DNA of 64,000 nucleotides from Pristiophorus japonicus (lineage: Eukaryota). Each line of letters opens with the position of its first letter. Position 1 is the first letter of the stretch. The stretch lies in NCBI RefSeq assembly GCF_044704955.1, contig NC_091988.1, forward strand, positions 43,896,001 to 43,960,000, in the 5' to 3' direction. The notes beneath the pieces were generated by a model. It worked only from the letters and a program-made list of their open reading frames with translations, made no database searches and was not told where the DNA came from. The position numbers were made by a program, and so were the translations under genes. Shown here in pieces: positions 61,325 to 64,000 of the stretch.

Positions 61325-63227
61325 AAAAAAATGGAGTACGAGAAGAAGCTTGCAGGGAACATTAAGGTGGATTGCAAAAGTTTCTATAGGTATGTAAAGA
61401 GAAAAAGGTTAGTAAAGACAAACGTAGGTCCCCTGCAGTCAAAATCAGGGGAAGTCATAACGGAGAACAAAGAAATGGCAGACCAATTGAACAAGTACTT
61501 TGGTTCAGTACTCACTAAGGAGGACACAAACAACCTTCCGGATATAAATGTGGTCAGAGGGTCTAGTAAGGAGGAGGAACTGAGGGAAATCTTTATTAGT
61601 CGGGAAATTGTGTTGGGGAAATTGATGGGATTGAAGGCCGATAAATCCCCAGGGCCTGATGGACTGCATCCCAGAGTACTTAAGGAGGTGGCCTTGGAAA
61701 TAGCGGATGCATTGACAGTCATTTTCCAACATTCCATTGACTCTGGATCAGTTCCTATCGAGTGGAGGGTAGCCAATGTAACCCCACTTTTTAAAAAAGG
61801 AGGGAGAGAGAAAGCAGGGAATTACAGACCGGTCAGCCTGACCTCAGTAGTGGGTAAAATGATGGAATCAATTATTAAGGATGTCATAGCAGCGCATTTG
61901 GAAAATGGTGACATGATAGGTCCAAGTCAGCATGGATTTGTGAAAGGGAGATCATGCTTGACAAATCTTCTGGAATTTTTTAAGGATGTTTCCAATAAAG
62001 TGGACAAAGGAGTACCAGTTGATGTGGTATATTTGGACTTTCAGAAGGCTTTCGACAAGGTCCCACACAGGAGATTAATGTGCAAAGTTAAAGCACATGG
62101 GATTGGGGGTAGTGTGCTGACGTGGATTGAGAAACTGGTTGTCAGACAGGAAGCAAAGAGTAGGAGTAAATGGGTACTTTTCGGAATGGCAGGCAGTGAC
62201 TAGTGGGGTACCGCAGGGTTCTGTGCTGGAGCCCCAGTTGTTTACATTGTACATTAATGATTTAGACGAGGGGATTAAATGTAGTATCTCCAAATTTGCG
62301 GATGACACTAAGTTGGGTGGCAGTGTGAGCTGCGAGGAGGATGCTATGAGGCTGCAGAGTGACTTGGATAGGTTAGGTGAGTGGGCAAATGCGTGGCAGA
62401 TGAAGTATGATGTGGATAAATGTGAGGTTATCCACTTTGGTGGTAAAAACAGAGAGACAGACTATTATCTGAATGGTGACAGATTAGGAAAAGGGAAGGT
62501 GCAACGAGACCTGGGTGTCATGGTACATCAGTCATTGAAGGTTGGCATGCAGGTACAGCAGGCGGTTAAGAAAGCAAATGGCATGTTGGCCTTCATAGCG
62601 AGGGGATTTGAGTACAGGGGCAGGGAGGTGTTGCTACAGTTGTACAGGGCCTTGGTGAGGCCACACCTGGAGTATTGTGTACAGTTTTGGTCTCCTAACT
62701 TGAGGAAGGACATTCTTGCTATTGAGGGAGTGCAGCGAAGATTCACCAGACTGATTCCCGGGATGGTGGGACTGACCTATCAAGAAAGACTGGATCAACT
62801 GGGCTTGTATTCACTGGAGTTCAGAAGAGTGAGAGGGGACCTCATAGAAACGTTTAAAATTCTGACGGGGTTTGGACAGGTTGGATGCAGGAAGAATGTT
62901 CCCAATGTTGGGGAAGTCCAGAACCAGAGGTCACAGTCTAAGGATAAGGGGTAAGCCATTTAGGACCGAGATAAGGAGAAACTTCTTCACCCAGAGAGTG
63001 GTGAACCTGTGGAATTCTCTACCACAGAAAGTAGTTGAGGCCAATTCACTAAATATATTCAAAAGAGAGTTAGATGAAGTCCTTACTACTCGGGGGATCA
63101 AGGGCTATGGCGTGAAAGCAGGAAGGGGGTACTGAAGTTTCATGTTCAGCCATGAACTCATTGAATGGCGGTGCAGGCTAGAAGGGCTGAATGGCCTGCT
63201 CCTGCACCTATTTTCTATGTTTCTATG
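61325..63227 (+). mobile_element. CR1 LINE, 1.9 kb, with a nearly intact RT domain (two frameshifts)
   Basis: ORFs 61331-62203, 62127-62954 ([13 protein letters not shown]) and 62872-63135; TTTCTATG tail. Confidence 0.96.
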
Positions 63228-63799
63228 AACAGTTATTACCCCTTTGAAATTGATCGCAACTTCAGGATTTAGCGCATGCGCATCCTAACGGGGAAATCCT
63301 GAAGTTGTGGTCAGTCATTCATTGCTCCGACATTGGCTGCACTGTGGCCCTCTCCCATTCCCATAGCCGGTAATCAGAAACTGATGAAAACTTGGGCTCT
63401 TTGATGATAATATCGCTGTTAAATTCCCCATTCAATGTTCGACCTTGTTGGATTAGGTGTAACTGGGGTCTTAACAATGTATTGACTGCTAAACAATCGT
63501 TATGGGCCTGAAAAACTAATTTTAATTTTGTCGACTGTCAACTTCCACCATAATGATGAAAATTACAATTTTTAAGAAACTTAAAAAAATATGTTTTTTA
63601 AAGTTTGTTCATATTTATTTCAGGTTTACCTTGTCCCCGTGTGAAAGCCCCAATCTTTGTTTTGTTCTCTGCCACATTTTTAAAAAGTCAGAATAAAAGA
63701 AGCTTCTTCACTTCCTGGTTCCCTGTCTGGGAGAATTCTGCATTGTGATTGGCTGCTTAGACAGCTTGTTGTCGTCACATACTCGCGCTATGATTACAG

Positions 63800-64000
63800 A
63801 GGATTACATAGGATATACAGCACAGAAGCAGGCCAGCATTTATGCTCCACTCGAGCCTCCTCCCATCTTTCCTCATTTAACCCTTTCAGCTTAACCCTCT
63901 ATTTCCTTCTCCCTCATGTGCTTGTCTAGCCTCCCCTTAAATGCATCTACACTATTTGCCTCAACCATACCCTGTGGTAGAGATTTCCACATTCTCACCA
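63800..64000 (-). mobile_element. CR1-type 3' fragment running off the window edge
   Basis: 'cccttaaatgcatctacactatttgcctcaacc..ttccacattctcacca' is the reverse complement of a CR1 ORF2 end. Confidence 0.7.

Noticed and set aside
5424-62746. Recurrent antisense ORFs (e.g. '[30 protein letters not shown]')
   Set aside because: They are the opposite-strand reading of CR1 ORF2 copies and recur only because the repeat recurs.

Overview
This window is eukaryotic, vertebrate-type DNA made almost entirely of transposable elements. The repeat families (CR1 with (TTCTATGT)n/(TTCTTATG)n tails, Deu-domain tRNA-SINEs, RTE, L2, Tx1, Penelope) suggest a cartilaginous fish; that taxon is an inference. I could not support any host protein-coding gene, rRNA, true tRNA gene or CRISPR array. 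The dominant theme is a dense cluster of PIF/Harbinger DNA transposons: at least six large copies plus several MITEs, with GGG(G)CYMGAA-type TIRs and 3-bp TSDs. They carry a HARBI1-type DDE transposase and/or a three-exon Myb/SANT gene. One same-family pair is complementary: 14899-17803 kept the transposase and 28302-33818 kept the Myb gene. There are two deep nested stacks (24.2-35.2 kb and 42.6-53.1 kb), a two-LTR Gypsy (Mag-like) element with most of gag deleted (45751-49874, TSD AGCAC), a second degraded Gypsy at the window start, two solo LTRs, many CR1 fragments, degenerate Penelope-type hammerhead motifs and foldback MITEs. All calls come from reading the sequence by eye. No database search was run, and family names rest on recognised motifs.
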